DNA of 64,000 nucleotides from an uncultured Nitrososphaeria archaeon (GCA_964448685.1 CAYUWR010000010.1:1144-65143); one strand, 5' to 3'. Numbered from the stretch's first letter, positions 8,874-19,065 are shown. The notes: generated by a model not told the origin, from the sequence alone. Translations and numbers: made by a program.

Positions 8874-9386
8874 TCATGCCACCTCAACCTTGAATGTGTC
8901 CTTCATGAACTGTATCGCCTCATCTCTTTTGACCTTCTGTTTCCTGCCAACCTTCGAAGGACAAAGCCTCCTTCTCGCCACCCTATAGCCTGGACGTTCA
9001 AGTTTAACATTGACGTCGAGCCCAAATATTCCTGTGTCAGGATCATATTTTGTTCCCGGAATCTCTATATGCTCCTTTATCCCAAAGGAAACGTTACCTT
9101 CATCATCAAACGAGGTGATTGGAAGCTTCAAACCTCTAGCTATCAGCAGCCGCTTCAGAAGCTGAAAGGCTTCATCCCCCATCAGGGTAACCTTTACGCC
9201 TATAGGCTCTCCCTTGCGGACACCAAAGTCTCTAATAGTCTTCTTCGCCTTAGTCTGTATCGGGGTCCTTCCACTTATCTGCCTCAGAACTTCCTGCGCC
9301 CTCTCCACAACCTCACCTGATCTGCCGACACCAATATTCAAGACAACCTTCTGAACATAGATCCTGCGCATCGGGTTCTCAACCAT
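8874..9386 (-). CDS. rpl5: 50S ribosomal protein uL5
   Basis: [25 protein letters not shown]... from ATG 9386. The ORF track extends to TTG 9398. Confidence 0.92.
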   Translation of the reverse strand: MVENPMRRIYVQKVVLNIGVGRSGEVVERAQEVLRQISGRTPIQTKAKKTIRDFGVRKGEPIGVKVTLMGDEAFQLLKRLLIARGLKLPITSFDDEGNVSFGIKEHIEIPGTKYDPDTGIFGLDVNVKLERPGYRVARRRLCPSKVGRKQKVKRDEAIQFMKDTFKVEVA

Positions 9387-9401
9387 CTGGGAACACAACA
9401 G

Positions 9402-10136
9402 CTATTCACCACCAAGAGGCAGGACAGGTTTCTCGACGCCCACAGCCATCAGAAGGCCAACAGGCACCTTGACAGGTGAACCGTCAACCTCCACTTCTGC
9501 AGACTTCGTCGAATGCAGGCTTCCTGGGTAGATCTCTTTGACTACGCCAAGCTTACCAGTCGCCTTACCCTTAAGGAATAGGACAAGTGAACCCTTCTCC
9601 ATCTTCACATTCGAGACAACCTTCCCCTCTGGAATAGCCAATAGGAGGCTGTCGTCCACGTTGACGCCTAAGTCATCCTTCGAAAGAACCATCCTTCCAT
9701 CATGAAGTCCGTAAGAGAAGAGGTTCGAGGGAGCCTTCTTCTTTGATCTGACCTTACAGAGCTTAAGCTTGGAAGACTCGATGTCTATGGGGACCGGATA
9801 GAGCATAAGCCCCTTCGCGGGAAGAAGGCGGAAGGCCCTATCCATCGATGGGATACATATAACATCCATCAAGCCTACTGGGAACCTACTGTCTCTTCTG
9901 ACGACACCGTCGACCATCACCTTGCCCAAGGTTATGGCTGAATTGGCTTCTCTCATCGTCCCAACAACCTTGAGGATGTCCCTGAGAAGGACTGCTAGAG
10001 GGTAGCTTTCATCTATCGCGTGAGGGCCAGCTGAGGGCTTGGTTACGAACTGCCCATGCTTGCGTGATATCTTCCAGAACGCCGGCGCCGCATGCCTCTT
10101 CATATGCTTCGAGGACCCCATGTGCCCCATCATCAT
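9402..10136 (-). CDS. rps4e: 30S ribosomal protein eS4
   Basis: 244 aa. GSSKHMKRHAAPAFWKISRKHGQFVTKPSAGPH. Confidence 0.92.
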   Translation of the reverse strand: MMMGHMGSSKHMKRHAAPAFWKISRKHGQFVTKPSAGPHAIDESYPLAVLLRDILKVVGTMREANSAITLGKVMVDGVVRRDSRFPVGLMDVICIPSMDRAFRLLPAKGLMLYPVPIDIESSKLKLCKVRSKKKAPSNLFSYGLHDGRMVLSKDDLGVNVDDSLLLAIPEGKVVSNVKMEKGSLVLFLKGKATGKLGVVKEIYPGSLHSTKSAEVEVDGSPVKVPVGLLMAVGVEKPVLPLGGE

Positions 10137-10507
10137 CCACCTTTCACGCCGGATGCCCGTGCCTCGAACAGGGCCTTCCTATACTTGTCATCCAAGTTCA
10201 GTGAGGTAATAACCACCTTGGAGGCGTGAATCTTTACAGGAGTCTGCTCCCCCTTAACTCTTTCCCTGAAGACACCTTCAACAGTCAGCCTACAGTGTTT
10301 TACGTCCACGCCAGTCACCTTGCCTTCGACCCCAGCAAACTCTCCCCTGACAATCCTCACACTATCCCCCTTCCTAACACGTGCAGTCTTGAAGGCATAC
10401 TTGGAGCGCAAGTCATCAGACAGGCGTGCTTTTAACATTTTGCCCAAGACATGCAGTGGTAAGCCAGCCATCTTCTTTTTCATCCTATCAGACCTTTTGG
10501 AAGACAT
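10133..10507 (-). CDS. rpl24: 50S ribosomal protein uL24
   Basis: 124 aa. KOW motif VRKGDSVRIVRGEFAGVEGKV. Confidence 0.9.
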   Translation of the reverse strand: MSSKRSDRMKKKMAGLPLHVLGKMLKARLSDDLRSKYAFKTARVRKGDSVRIVRGEFAGVEGKVTGVDVKHCRLTVEGVFRERVKGEQTPVKIHASKVVITSLNLDDKYRKALFEARASGVKGG

Positions 10508-10516
10508 ACTCTCAAC

Positions 10517-10963
10517 CTAGACGATAATAGAGGAAAGGTTGGCTATCCTAGGCCACCTCTCAGCAGCCTCAGACGCGACCGGACCCTTTATTTCAGTACC
10601 TTTGACTTCGCCTTCGGGAGTTATGATCACAGCAGCATTATCTTCAAATGATATCCTCAATCCAGAAACACGCCTTATCGGATACCTCTGCCGGACCACG
10701 ATCGCTGGAAAAACCTGCTTCTTGAGGTCAGGGGGGCCCTTTTTGACGACAACATTGATCTTGTCGCCGACAGATGCGGCAGGAATACGCTTCAGCCTAC
10801 CCTTGTACTGTAGCACCTGGACCACCCTTAGAGTCTTCGCTCCTGTGTTATCGGCGCAGTTTATGACAGCTGTGACAGGAATCCCCCTCGTAACATATGG
10901 CTTGAACTCTTGAGCTCCCTTGGCTGAAACAGCCCTAGACTTGCCTGAAGACATTTCACCCAC
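10517..10963 (-). CDS. rpl14: 50S ribosomal protein uL14
   Basis: 148 aa. VINCADNTGAKTLRVVQV...GDKINVVVKKG. Confidence 0.92.
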   Translation of the reverse strand: MGEMSSGKSRAVSAKGAQEFKPYVTRGIPVTAVINCADNTGAKTLRVVQVLQYKGRLKRIPAASVGDKINVVVKKGPPDLKKQVFPAIVVRQRYPIRRVSGLRISFEDNAAVIITPEGEVKGTEIKGPVASEAAERWPRIANLSSIIV

Positions 10964-11282
10964 TACCCCTGTTCTCGAGAACTACAAATGAGACGCTCTT
11001 CGAGAGCGGCCTGCATTCTCCTAAGGTCACGTTATCTCCCACCTGCACAGGAATACATTTCGGAAGCTTAGCGTGAACATGCTTCCTCACCCTATAGTAT
11101 CGGCTGAACTTGCTCGAATACCTCGTAAGCTGCTTTTCGACGACCACAATATCTCCAGAGGCTACACTGACAACCTTTCCCCTCTGCAGTATACCTCTAA
11201 CCGGTAGGCTCCCGTGAAAAGGACACAGCCGATCGTTACATGTCCTTTCAGGAGGCTTCAAAGGAATACCAACATTCTTCAT
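10956..11282 (-). CDS. rps17: 30S ribosomal protein uS17
   Basis: 108 aa. CNDRLCPFHGSLPVRGILQRGKVVS...; operon position. Confidence 0.9.
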   Translation of the reverse strand: MKNVGIPLKPPERTCNDRLCPFHGSLPVRGILQRGKVVSVASGDIVVVEKQLTRYSSKFSRYYRVRKHVHAKLPKCIPVQVGDNVTLGECRPLSKSVSFVVLENRGSG

Positions 11283-11288
11283 GAAAGA

Positions 11289-11558
11289 TCACCTTAACCT
11301 TGACAGCCTAGCCTCCGGCCTACCCAAAATGCTGGAGCCTGGAACATCTAGAAGTTCTCCGGAAGGCAGCTCAAACTGGAAGACGCACGCCTCCTTAGGC
11401 GCAGCACGGACCCTACCACAGTCATCAAAATAGAGCATATTCTTGGTCTCAAAGACAACCCTACCCCCCAATCCGACCAGACTCTTTATCGAAGAGCCTG
11501 ATATCTTCATCTTCAAACAGATCAGCTCATGGTATCTCAGATTGCCTGAGGTGATCAA
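11289..11558 (-). CDS. rnp1: RNase P protein component 1 (Rpp29/Pop4 homolog)
   Basis: 89 aa. LICLKMKISGSSIKSLVGLGGRVVFETKNMLYF. Conserved archaeal position between uL29 and uS17. Confidence 0.8.
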   Translation of the reverse strand: MITSGNLRYHELICLKMKISGSSIKSLVGLGGRVVFETKNMLYFDDCGRVRAAPKEACVFQFELPSGELLDVPGSSILGRPEARLSRLR

Positions 11559-11791
11559 GCCCTCTTCACCTCCCTTTTCATCTCCATCTGCTTCAGCCGC
11601 TTCGCAGTCTCCAGCCTGGCAATATTCCTCCTAACACTCCTAATAACCCCCGTCTCCTTCTTGACAGCACCCCTCGCGGACATAGCCTTGAGCCTAGAGT
11701 ATTCGCTGCGGAGATCGAGAAGCCGCCTCTCCAACTCTTCGACAGAAAGATTAAGAAGCTCCTTCTCCTTCAGCTTTTTCAACACCCTCAC
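11555..11791 (-). CDS. rpl29: 50S ribosomal protein uL29
   Basis: 78 aa. LNLSVEELERRLLDLRSEYSRLKAMSARG. Overlaps the uS3 3' end. Confidence 0.88.
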   Translation of the reverse strand: MRVLKKLKEKELLNLSVEELERRLLDLRSEYSRLKAMSARGAVKKETGVIRSVRRNIARLETAKRLKQMEMKREVKRA

Positions 11792-12419
11792 CTTCCTTAG
11801 GAGGCTCAGCGACCTCCTTGAGCTTGTACTCTGGAGACATCCTACTCTTCAACGCGATCTTCACCTTGACTCCGAAGAGCCCTGCCTTCAAGAGAACACT
11901 TGTGGTACCCTTCAAGACAGCCACACGAGCTACTTCTCCACTCTTTGGGACAACTCCAGCCACAAACTTTTGATAATGGGCACGCTCACTTCTAATCTTG
12001 CCCGATATTATGATTTCAGCGCCTAGGGCGCCGGCGCCCATGATCTGATTCAGAGCCCAGACCGCCGTCCTCCTGAATGGGGTACCCTTCTGCATGGAGC
12101 TCGCTATCCTCTCACATATAACCCTCGGATTCGTCTCCGGCACTTCGATTTCGGCGACAGAAATCTGAACATTACTTAAACCGAACCTGTGGACGAGCTT
12201 GTCGGATATGTCCTTTATGCCGACACCTCGCCTTCCAATCACAAGCCCTGGTCGAGTAACATAAAGCGTCAGCCTAACCCCTAAGGGGCCTTCAGAGATT
12301 TCAACCCCACCATATCCTGCATCCTTCAACTCTCGCTCAAGAAATTCGTCTAATCCAACATACGTCAACTGCTTGCTCAAGATCTTCTTGACCGGAGAAC
12401 GCTCGATCTGCTCAGACAT
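11751..12419 (-). CDS. rps3: 30S ribosomal protein uS3
   Basis: 222 aa. KH-domain region LTLYVTRPGLVIGRRGVGIKDI. Confidence 0.92.
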   Translation of the reverse strand: MSEQIERSPVKKILSKQLTYVGLDEFLERELKDAGYGGVEISEGPLGVRLTLYVTRPGLVIGRRGVGIKDISDKLVHRFGLSNVQISVAEIEVPETNPRVICERIASSMQKGTPFRRTAVWALNQIMGAGALGAEIIISGKIRSERAHYQKFVAGVVPKSGEVARVAVLKGTTSVLLKAGLFGVKVKIALKSRMSPEYKLKEVAEPPKEGEGVEKAEGEGAS

Positions 12420-12423
12420 AACC

Positions 12424-12888
12424 TTACGCCACCTCCTTCCCCACTAGCTCTATATGAACTAGTACATGAAAGTTGGGGGAAGAGCGGCCGTGCGCTCTTG
12501 GCACATAATCCTTTATCGCGATACCCTTGTATGCGTTCGCGTGAACAATAGCCACCTTCTCAACGTTCATCCCCTTGAAGGAAGCATTATTTTCTAGATT
12601 ATCTAGAAGCTTCAGGAAGACTTCAGCGGACTTGACAGGATAGCCTCCGGCCACATATCCCCTTGCCGAAGACTTATGTGAAACCTGCTGATGATACCTT
12701 CTATAGGGTATAGCAACCTTCTCCTCCCTAACCTCCTCCAGAAGCTTCCTCGCCTTAGTTATCGTCATACCCTTTATCGACCTACATATCTCTCTAGCAT
12801 GCTTCGGCGAGATGTTCACCTCGCGTGCGCTAGCCCTCACATATAGGAGGGGATCCTCCACCTGGAAACTGTACCCGAACTTAGGCAA
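12424..12888 (-). CDS. rpl22: 50S ribosomal protein uL22
   Basis: 154 aa. ASAREVNISPKHAREICRSIKGMTITKARKLLE. Confidence 0.92.
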   Translation of the reverse strand: MPKFGYSFQVEDPLLYVRASAREVNISPKHAREICRSIKGMTITKARKLLEEVREEKVAIPYRRYHQQVSHKSSARGYVAGGYPVKSAEVFLKLLDNLENNASFKGMNVEKVAIVHANAYKGIAIKDYVPRAHGRSSPNFHVLVHIELVGKEVA

Positions 12889-12996
12889 CCGCAGACACCA
12901 CGTAAATTAACCCCATTTTCTATTAGAATAAATACTTTAGCATATTGGAGAACAAGATTATTAAGAGGGCTGACGCAAAGCATAATATGAGAAAGG

Positions 12997-13758
12997 ATGG
13001 GCGACGAGCTGGAGAAGGAGGCGTTATCGAATCCTAGCCGAAGAAGAATAATAGAGGTGATAGGTGGCGCGGGGAAGGTCTCATTTTCTCAGATAAAGAA
13101 GGAGACAAACATAAGCACCGGAGCAATATACTATCATCTGTCGAGACTTCGAGACTTCGTGGAAGTCGACGACAGGCGAAGATACTATCTAAACGGCAAC
13201 GGAGAAAGACTGTACGAGAGAATAGTCAAAGGCTATTCTGCGCAAAGGCAAGAAGGCGAATCGACCACTCTTTCCAGGTACACGTTGACACCGTTGGCGA
13301 GGCTGCTGACGAGAAGCCGGAAGATGACGATTGCAGCCATGATTCTAGCTCCAATGGTACAGGTTGCCATCGCAGGCTATACACAGAAAGGCATGATCTT
13401 CTTTGCGCCAGTAGAGCAGAGCCTGATGAATTCGATGTACACTCCGATACTGTTGTCGATCGCCCCACTGTGGCTTCTGACAAAGGCCTTCACCTTGGCC
13501 TTCGTCAAAGAAAGCTATGGGGAAATAGAGCTCTTAGCTGGCGTAATTCTCTCAACCTTGCCGCCGTCGCTTGCGCTACCACTTTTCCTATTCGACAGAA
13601 TACTATTTCAGGTCGGCGCGATCCTTTCGATAACTGTCTCAACCATGATGTTGGCGTCCGTGATAAACATCACCAAGGGGATAGCATTCCAGATAACTTT
13701 AGTATTCAGCATGATGGTAGGATACCTGTCATTCATCATCGAGTTCGTCACAATATAG
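12997..13758 (+). CDS. Membrane-anchored winged-helix (ArsR-like) transcription-regulator-like protein
   Basis: 253 aa. The N-terminus NPSRRRIIEVIGG..VSFSQIKKETNISTGAIYYHLSRLRDFVEV is wHTH-like. The C-terminal ~150 aa contain 4-5 hydrophobic helices. Confidence 0.6.
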   Translation: MGDELEKEALSNPSRRRIIEVIGGAGKVSFSQIKKETNISTGAIYYHLSRLRDFVEVDDRRRYYLNGNGERLYERIVKGYSAQRQEGESTTLSRYTLTPLARLLTRSRKMTIAAMILAPMVQVAIAGYTQKGMIFFAPVEQSLMNSMYTPILLSIAPLWLLTKAFTLAFVKESYGEIELLAGVILSTLPPSLALPLFLFDRILFQVGAILSITVSTMMLASVINITKGIAFQITLVFSMMVGYLSFIIEFVTI

Positions 13759-13770
13759 GAAGCTGGAAAC

Positions 13771-14166
13771 CTACTTGAGGGGCACATATAGGCTCGAACG
13801 GGAGGCGCCTATGCCTGGGGTTCCATGTACAACCTTCTTGTTGGTTATCGCATACTCTCCAAGATAGTGGCCGATCATTTCAGGCTTTATTTCAAGAGCG
13901 ACAAACTCCTTTCCATTATGCACATGAACGGTGGCTCCAACCATTATAGGCAAAACTATCATGTCACGAGCATGAGTCTTAATTGGAGACTTTATTGAAC
14001 CCTCCTTAAACCTCTTGATTTCATCCAAGAGCTTCATCTTTTCTTTGCTGAGCCCCTTGTTAAGGGACCGACGCATCCTTGAAGGAAGAAGTCCGATGAA
14101 CATTTCATATGACATGCTTTGCAGCTGCTCAAGCGTGTAACCTCGATACTTGAACTCCTTCGGCAT
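13771..14166 (-). CDS. rps19: 30S ribosomal protein uS19
   Basis: 131 aa. [42 protein letters not shown]. Confidence 0.92.
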   Translation of the reverse strand: MPKEFKYRGYTLEQLQSMSYEMFIGLLPSRMRRSLNKGLSKEKMKLLDEIKRFKEGSIKSPIKTHARDMIVLPIMVGATVHVHNGKEFVALEIKPEMIGHYLGEYAITNKKVVHGTPGIGASRSSLYVPLK

Positions 14167-14169
14167 CGA

Positions 14170-14904
14170 CTATCTCACCTCCAAGGTCCTCCTAATACGC
14201 TTTCTACCAGTCTTCCTTGGAGCAACATGCCCCACCTTTCTCCCAGGAGGAGCATTCCTCGAGGTGGAAGTTGACTTTCCAGGATGCTGATGTCTGCCAC
14301 CACCGAAGGGGTGATGAACCGCAGCCATCGCGATACCCCTCATCCGCGGATACAGCTTTATCTTAGCCTTCATCTTATGATATTTAGCTCCAGCCTTAAG
14401 AAATGGCCTATCAGAGAAGCCTGCGCCTGCCACAGCGCCAATCGTCGCCCTACACCTTCCATTGAGCAGAACCATCTTTCCACTTGGAAACTTCACTATG
14501 CTGCCTTCACCGGTCTGAGAGAAAAGAATCGCGCCGGCTCCAGCTGACCTCACCAGCCTACCACCATCTCCTGGACGTCTTTCTATGTTACTTATCATCG
14601 AACCTTCAGGAATGCTCTTCAACGTGAGAACGTTGCCGACCTTGATCGGCGCCCCATCACCGAATTCAACAGATGCGCCCAACTCTAGACCCTTGACTGC
14701 TGGAAGATAGTAGTAGGAGTTGCCAACCCTGACCTGCGCCAACGGAGCTATCCGCCCACGTTCATGAACAATCTTACTGACAACACCAGTCACCTTCTCA
14801 TCCTTCAGAGGGGGATAGGCCACTTCAGCTATCTTTCCAACCTTAGGGGCTCTATACTGTATATGTCCCATACCCCTCCTCTGCTGAATCAGCGACTTAC
14901 CCAA
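14170..14904 (-). CDS. rpl2: 50S ribosomal protein uL2
   Basis: 244 aa. AMAAVHHPFGGGRHQHPGKSTSTSRNAPPGRKVG. Confidence 0.95.
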   Translation of the reverse strand: MGKSLIQQRRGMGHIQYRAPKVGKIAEVAYPPLKDEKVTGVVSKIVHERGRIAPLAQVRVGNSYYYLPAVKGLELGASVEFGDGAPIKVGNVLTLKSIPEGSMISNIERRPGDGGRLVRSAGAGAILFSQTGEGSIVKFPSGKMVLLNGRCRATIGAVAGAGFSDRPFLKAGAKYHKMKAKIKLYPRMRGIAMAAVHHPFGGGRHQHPGKSTSTSRNAPPGRKVGHVAPRKTGRKRIRRTLEVR

Positions 14905-14916
14905 TTACATTCACCA

Positions 14917-15183
14917 TTACACGACACCGATCTTAGAAGCGAGCTCTGACGCAGAATAGCCCCTGGCCAAACGCACGTAAGCCTTCTTCCCCTTCTTAGA
15001 GGAAAGGACACCAACCTTCTCCACCTTAACATTATACAGCGACTCAACCGCCTCCTTCACCTTTTCCTTGCCAACACCCTCTCCCACAATAAATGTCAGA
15101 GTGTTGGTCTTGGTGATCAGCATCGAACTCTTTTCAGTTATATATGGATACTTTATAACCTTCAAGGCTTCTGTCTGATTCAT
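14917..15183 (-). CDS. rpl23: 50S ribosomal protein uL23
   Basis: 88 aa. IKYPYITEKSSMLITKTNTLTFIV. Confidence 0.9.
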   Translation of the reverse strand: MNQTEALKVIKYPYITEKSSMLITKTNTLTFIVGEGVGKEKVKEAVESLYNVKVEKVGVLSSKKGKKAYVRLARGYSASELASKIGVV

Positions 15184-15977
15184 GCAACCACCGCCTTCAA
15201 CCTTTCATCCAAAAATTTCATAGCCGACTCTGTCCATATGACAAACCTGACAGGGTGGCCTCCTGCTACAAGGTCGAGCACTGACAGGGAGTCGACGTCG
15301 ACAACCTTCACGCCTGGAATGTTCTCTGCAACATTTCTGACCTTGACCCCATCAGGTGAGGTAACTATAAGTGGGCCGACAGGAACATATCTTGTACGCC
15401 CACGCCTTCTAGCCTTACCACTCCTACGTTTGATTCCATGTCCGATCCTTTCCATTTCATCCTCCAGCCCCCACAGCTTGAAGGCGTTGATCAAGTCCCT
15501 AACCTTCGTCACCTGCTCAAGATCGGATGCTGCAACAAAGGGCAGTGATGGAACATTCTGGATCTTGTGACCCCTGCCCTCCACGACATCCCTCAACGCT
15601 GTAGCAGATATCGCCGAAGCCAAGGCCAGCCGACGCTCCCTCTTATTCACCCTCTTGTAGATCACCTTCTCGGCCTTTGGCGGATGAGGCAGCCTACCCT
15701 TAACAACACTTGCAACACCAGCAGCCATACCCGACCGGCTGAATCTTTCACCCTTAACTCGTGGAACTCTGGCAACACCGCGGCCGGTCTGCCAAGACCG
15801 CGCTGAAGTCCTTTCTCCAGCCATAGGGTCTCTGCCCTGAGGCTGAAGAGCATGCGTGTACTGTGAAACATAAACTCGATGTATCACGTCAGGCCTATAT
15901 GGCATCGAAAAGACCTTGGGCAGAGGAATCTTGGCCTTCTCTAGGCCGTCAAGGCCGTATACTGGAACCTCGATCAT
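15180..15977 (-). CDS. rpl4: 50S ribosomal protein uL4
   Basis: 265 aa. ARSWQTGRGVARVPRVKG...; operon position. Confidence 0.92.
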   Translation of the reverse strand: MIEVPVYGLDGLEKAKIPLPKVFSMPYRPDVIHRVYVSQYTHALQPQGRDPMAGERTSARSWQTGRGVARVPRVKGERFSRSGMAAGVASVVKGRLPHPPKAEKVIYKRVNKRERRLALASAISATALRDVVEGRGHKIQNVPSLPFVAASDLEQVTKVRDLINAFKLWGLEDEMERIGHGIKRRSGKARRRGRTRYVPVGPLIVTSPDGVKVRNVAENIPGVKVVDVDSLSVLDLVAGGHPVRFVIWTESAMKFLDERLKAVVA

Positions 15978-16999
15978 GACCTGACACCTCCAGAGGCAGG
16001 GGAGACGCTCATCTGGATGACCTTAGGGGGAACCGGCTTCTCAGACTTCTTTCTCATGGAAAACCTGACTACTACCGGACGTTTAGGTGGACCCTGCACG
16101 CTACCCTCAAGAACCATGTAGTCGCCTCTAACTATGCCGAAGTGCTCAAATCCCCCCCTAGGATTGAACATCGCCCCTTCGCCAACAGAATCAGCTGAGA
16201 TAACCCTCTTATTGTATTCCACCCTCTGACTGAACCCCATCTGTCCAGCCCTCGCCACAGTGTACGTGACAACCGCGGGATGCCATGGACCGATACATCC
16301 TACAGCTCTAACACTCTTCCTCGACTTATGCTGCTTCCTCTTTATTCCAAACCGCTTAACTGGACCTTGAAAGCCTTTACCTTTGGTGATGCCTATGGTG
16401 TCCACGTACTCTCCTGGCCTAAAGACATCTCTAACATGAACTTTGCTTCCGAGAATCGATTTAGCATAATCTATCCTCTCTTTAGTAGACCTTCCGCCGC
16501 CCACTTCAACCTCCAAAATGATAGGTTTCTTCTGAGATAATCCGGCAGCCGACGGCTCAACACCAGCCAAGACCGTGACCAACTCAGCTTCTTCAGCGAA
16601 CTTGTCGAGGACGCTAAGGTCATATTTCTTCTTCAGACAGCCCTCCGGCAGCACCCTTCCATACTCCTTCGGAAGCCTATCAGAATAAAGTTCTGTGAGA
16701 ACATATCTTCCGCGGACGTTTCTGCCATAGAGCCTTATCCCACCTATGGTCATAGGGGGAGAAGCGACAACCGTCGCCACCTTGAAGATGGGCTTTCCGA
16801 AGGTTGGAGCCCTCGGATTATCTCCCATCAACATAGCATGAATTGTTCCAGCCTTAAATCCAACAAACCCCAACACGGTAGGCTTTGGGCTATCAACAAC
16901 AGTCCAGTTCCTAACATGTGGCATAATGTCCCCAGCCCTTCCTCTCGGCCTAAAGGCTAGAGACCCATGCCTCGGCGCACTCTTCTTTCTATGGCCCAA
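15974..16999 (-). CDS. rpl3: 50S ribosomal protein uL3
   Basis: 341 aa. MGHRKKSAPRHGSLAFRPRGRA...GITKGKGFQGPVKRFG. Confidence 0.95.
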   Translation of the reverse strand: MGHRKKSAPRHGSLAFRPRGRAGDIMPHVRNWTVVDSPKPTVLGFVGFKAGTIHAMLMGDNPRAPTFGKPIFKVATVVASPPMTIGGIRLYGRNVRGRYVLTELYSDRLPKEYGRVLPEGCLKKKYDLSVLDKFAEEAELVTVLAGVEPSAAGLSQKKPIILEVEVGGGRSTKERIDYAKSILGSKVHVRDVFRPGEYVDTIGITKGKGFQGPVKRFGIKRKQHKSRKSVRAVGCIGPWHPAVVTYTVARAGQMGFSQRVEYNKRVISADSVGEGAMFNPRGGFEHFGIVRGDYMVLEGSVQGPPKRPVVVRFSMRKKSEKPVPPKVIQMSVSPASGGVRS

Positions 17000-17054
17000 A
17001 GTAAACCACTTGCGTATCTTACCAAATCTGTAGTCTTTTTAAATGTTTACATTT

Positions 17055-17894
17055 CTATCTTCCCAAATAGGAAGCAAGGTAGATGATAGAGAGGGAGATG
17101 AAGATCGCCTCCTCCGATCTTATCGTAGCAGTCCCCTGCCCAGGCACAAAGTTGATCACGAAATCAGCAACATCCTCTGGCGCAAGACCTTCATCCTTTA
17201 AGATATCGTATAGGCCCCGGTCTGGGGAGCCGAATACGAGAGCAACAGTGTCGGCTGCTTTGACAGAGCAGACAAGCGCGTCGAACTCCTCATTCACCCG
17301 CACACCCAGCCTTGAAGCTATAATCTTTAAGCCGCCGAAGCCACGCTTCAAGACCTTGCCAACAGATCCAACCCTGATCACACGATAGCCCCAGTACTCT
17401 CTTACTTCACCAGGAGATGCGAGCCTACATACAGGAAGGGGGGAGACTTCTTCCACGTAAACCGTGACCCGCTGACCCTCGACTCCACGTCCAACAAACT
17501 TCACCAGGGAACTTAGTCCAACGTCTGCAAAGAGTAGACCACCCTTCTTCACTAATACAGCCTCCCTTACATCTCCAACCTTCATCCCATCCAAGGGTAC
17601 AAACGGCTTATGTGAGGGCGTCCTCAACGGAGGCAGAATCCCAACTTCCCTAAGCAGCTCACTTTTTGGAAAAAGATGCTTACGAAGATACTGTGGAGTC
17701 TCAGCATATTCGAGGATAAGCTTCTCCAGCAGATAATCCTTTTCAAATGAGCCCTGCCCATCGGTGTATATGTAGATTCTTTCAACCTTAAAGATCGAAC
17801 AGGCTCTAGCGATCAAACCCAACTTCACAGTCTTATCCCTTAAGCTTTTATCCTCACATAAGATCGAGTCTGGGATGAAGACCGACAGGACCAT
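17055..17894 (-). CDS. SPOUT-superfamily putative RNA methyltransferase (DUF171 / Methyltrn_RNA_3-like)
   Basis: MVLSVFIPDSILCEDKSLRDKTVKLGLIARACSIFKVERIYIY... Conserved archaeal neighbour upstream of rpl3. ATG 17894 lies about 31 nt downstream of an ATATATA element; the ORF track extends to GTG 17912. Confidence 0.65.
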   Translation of the reverse strand: MVLSVFIPDSILCEDKSLRDKTVKLGLIARACSIFKVERIYIYTDGQGSFEKDYLLEKLILEYAETPQYLRKHLFPKSELLREVGILPPLRTPSHKPFVPLDGMKVGDVREAVLVKKGGLLFADVGLSSLVKFVGRGVEGQRVTVYVEEVSPLPVCRLASPGEVREYWGYRVIRVGSVGKVLKRGFGGLKIIASRLGVRVNEEFDALVCSVKAADTVALVFGSPDRGLYDILKDEGLAPEDVADFVINFVPGQGTATIRSEEAIFISLSIIYLASYLGR

Positions 17895-17955
17895 ATTACA
17901 TATGTACCACACTTAATGTTATATATGTTAGGCGACGACGCTAAGTCGGTCAAGG

Positions 17956-18327
17956 ATGTCGAATGAAGACGCCGAACTAAGGCTTCTGAAGGCCAAGAAG
18001 CTCGCTGAACTGTCAAGGAAGCTTCAAGAGAAGACGAAGGTCAAGACTGCAAGAGATATAGTCTTAGAGCAGCTGATCGACAGAGGGGATGAAGTCTTAT
18101 ACAAGGCAGAGCGGCTCTATCCAAAGGAAATGGAGATATTGATAGAGAAGCTTGCAGAATTCATAAGGTCAGGGGACTTGGACCAGAAGATAACAGGAGG
18201 CCAGCTCCTGCAGCTACTGAGAGTGCTCGGATTGAATGTCCCCATTGAAACAAAGATAGAGTTCTATGAAGATGGCAAGTTCGTGTCCTTCCAAGAGAAG
18301 ATCAAAAAGTCTATGGGTGGAGACTAG
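17956..18327 (+). CDS. PDCD5/TFAR19-like dsDNA-binding protein
   Basis: 123 aa, helical and acidic/basic (LRLLKAKKLAELSRKLQEK...). Length and pattern resemble the archaeal PDCD5 family. Motif-level call only. Confidence 0.5.
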   Translation: MSNEDAELRLLKAKKLAELSRKLQEKTKVKTARDIVLEQLIDRGDEVLYKAERLYPKEMEILIEKLAEFIRSGDLDQKITGGQLLQLLRVLGLNVPIETKIEFYEDGKFVSFQEKIKKSMGGD

Positions 18328-19006
18328 AACTCTTCAAGTGCTCCTCATATATTGACTTCGTTGAGCTTGTGCCGATCCTGTCAGCTCCCGCCTTCAAGAA
18401 TTCGATGACCTGGGGCAATGTCCGAATCCCACCAGCCGCCTTCACCTTCAGCTTCCCCCTACAGTGATTCTTCAAGAGGATCACATCCTGCAGAGTCGCC
18501 CCAGACGACCCAAACCCGGTAGATGTCTTCACAAAGTCTACATCGAGAACATTCAACCGCTCAGTTACGAGAACCTTCTCTTGGTCGGTGAGATTGCATG
18601 CTTCAATGATGGCCTTGGTTACCACATTATACCTGGAGGCTACATCTACAACCGCGAGGACGTCCCTGTCAAATTCATCCCAGCAGCCTCCCTTAACGAG
18701 ACCCTGGTTTATCACAAAGTCGACTTCATCCGCCCCCTCGCCGATGCACCTTTCCACTTCAAAGGCCTTAACTTCAGGGAGACTATAGCCTAGGGGAAAG
18801 GCTATGACACAGTCAATCTTCAAGGATGAGCCCACCGTCTCCTTCGCCAAGTGAACGTATGAAGGTGGAACACATACACTGCAAACCTTCATTTCAAGCC
18901 CTTCGTGGCATAGGCGAGCGATCTCTTGAGAGGTGGCAGTAGGCTTAAGCATTGTATGATCTATATGCTCTCCAATGAGGCTCCATGCCGTCAACTCCAT
19001 AGCCAT
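18311..19006 (-). CDS. deoC: Deoxyribose-phosphate aldolase
   Basis: 231 aa. IDHTMLKPTAT...VDFVKTSTGF...KVKAAGGIRT (Schiff-base Lys region). Confidence 0.85.
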   Translation of the reverse strand: MAMELTAWSLIGEHIDHTMLKPTATSQEIARLCHEGLEMKVCSVCVPPSYVHLAKETVGSSLKIDCVIAFPLGYSLPEVKAFEVERCIGEGADEVDFVINQGLVKGGCWDEFDRDVLAVVDVASRYNVVTKAIIEACNLTDQEKVLVTERLNVLDVDFVKTSTGFGSSGATLQDVILLKNHCRGKLKVKAAGGIRTLPQVIEFLKAGADRIGTSSTKSIYEEHLKSSSLHP

Positions 19007-19065
19007 AAAGCGGGGGCACTAGAGAAATAAACTTTTAAGCATCTGAAGAGTGGCCTGAAAACTTT

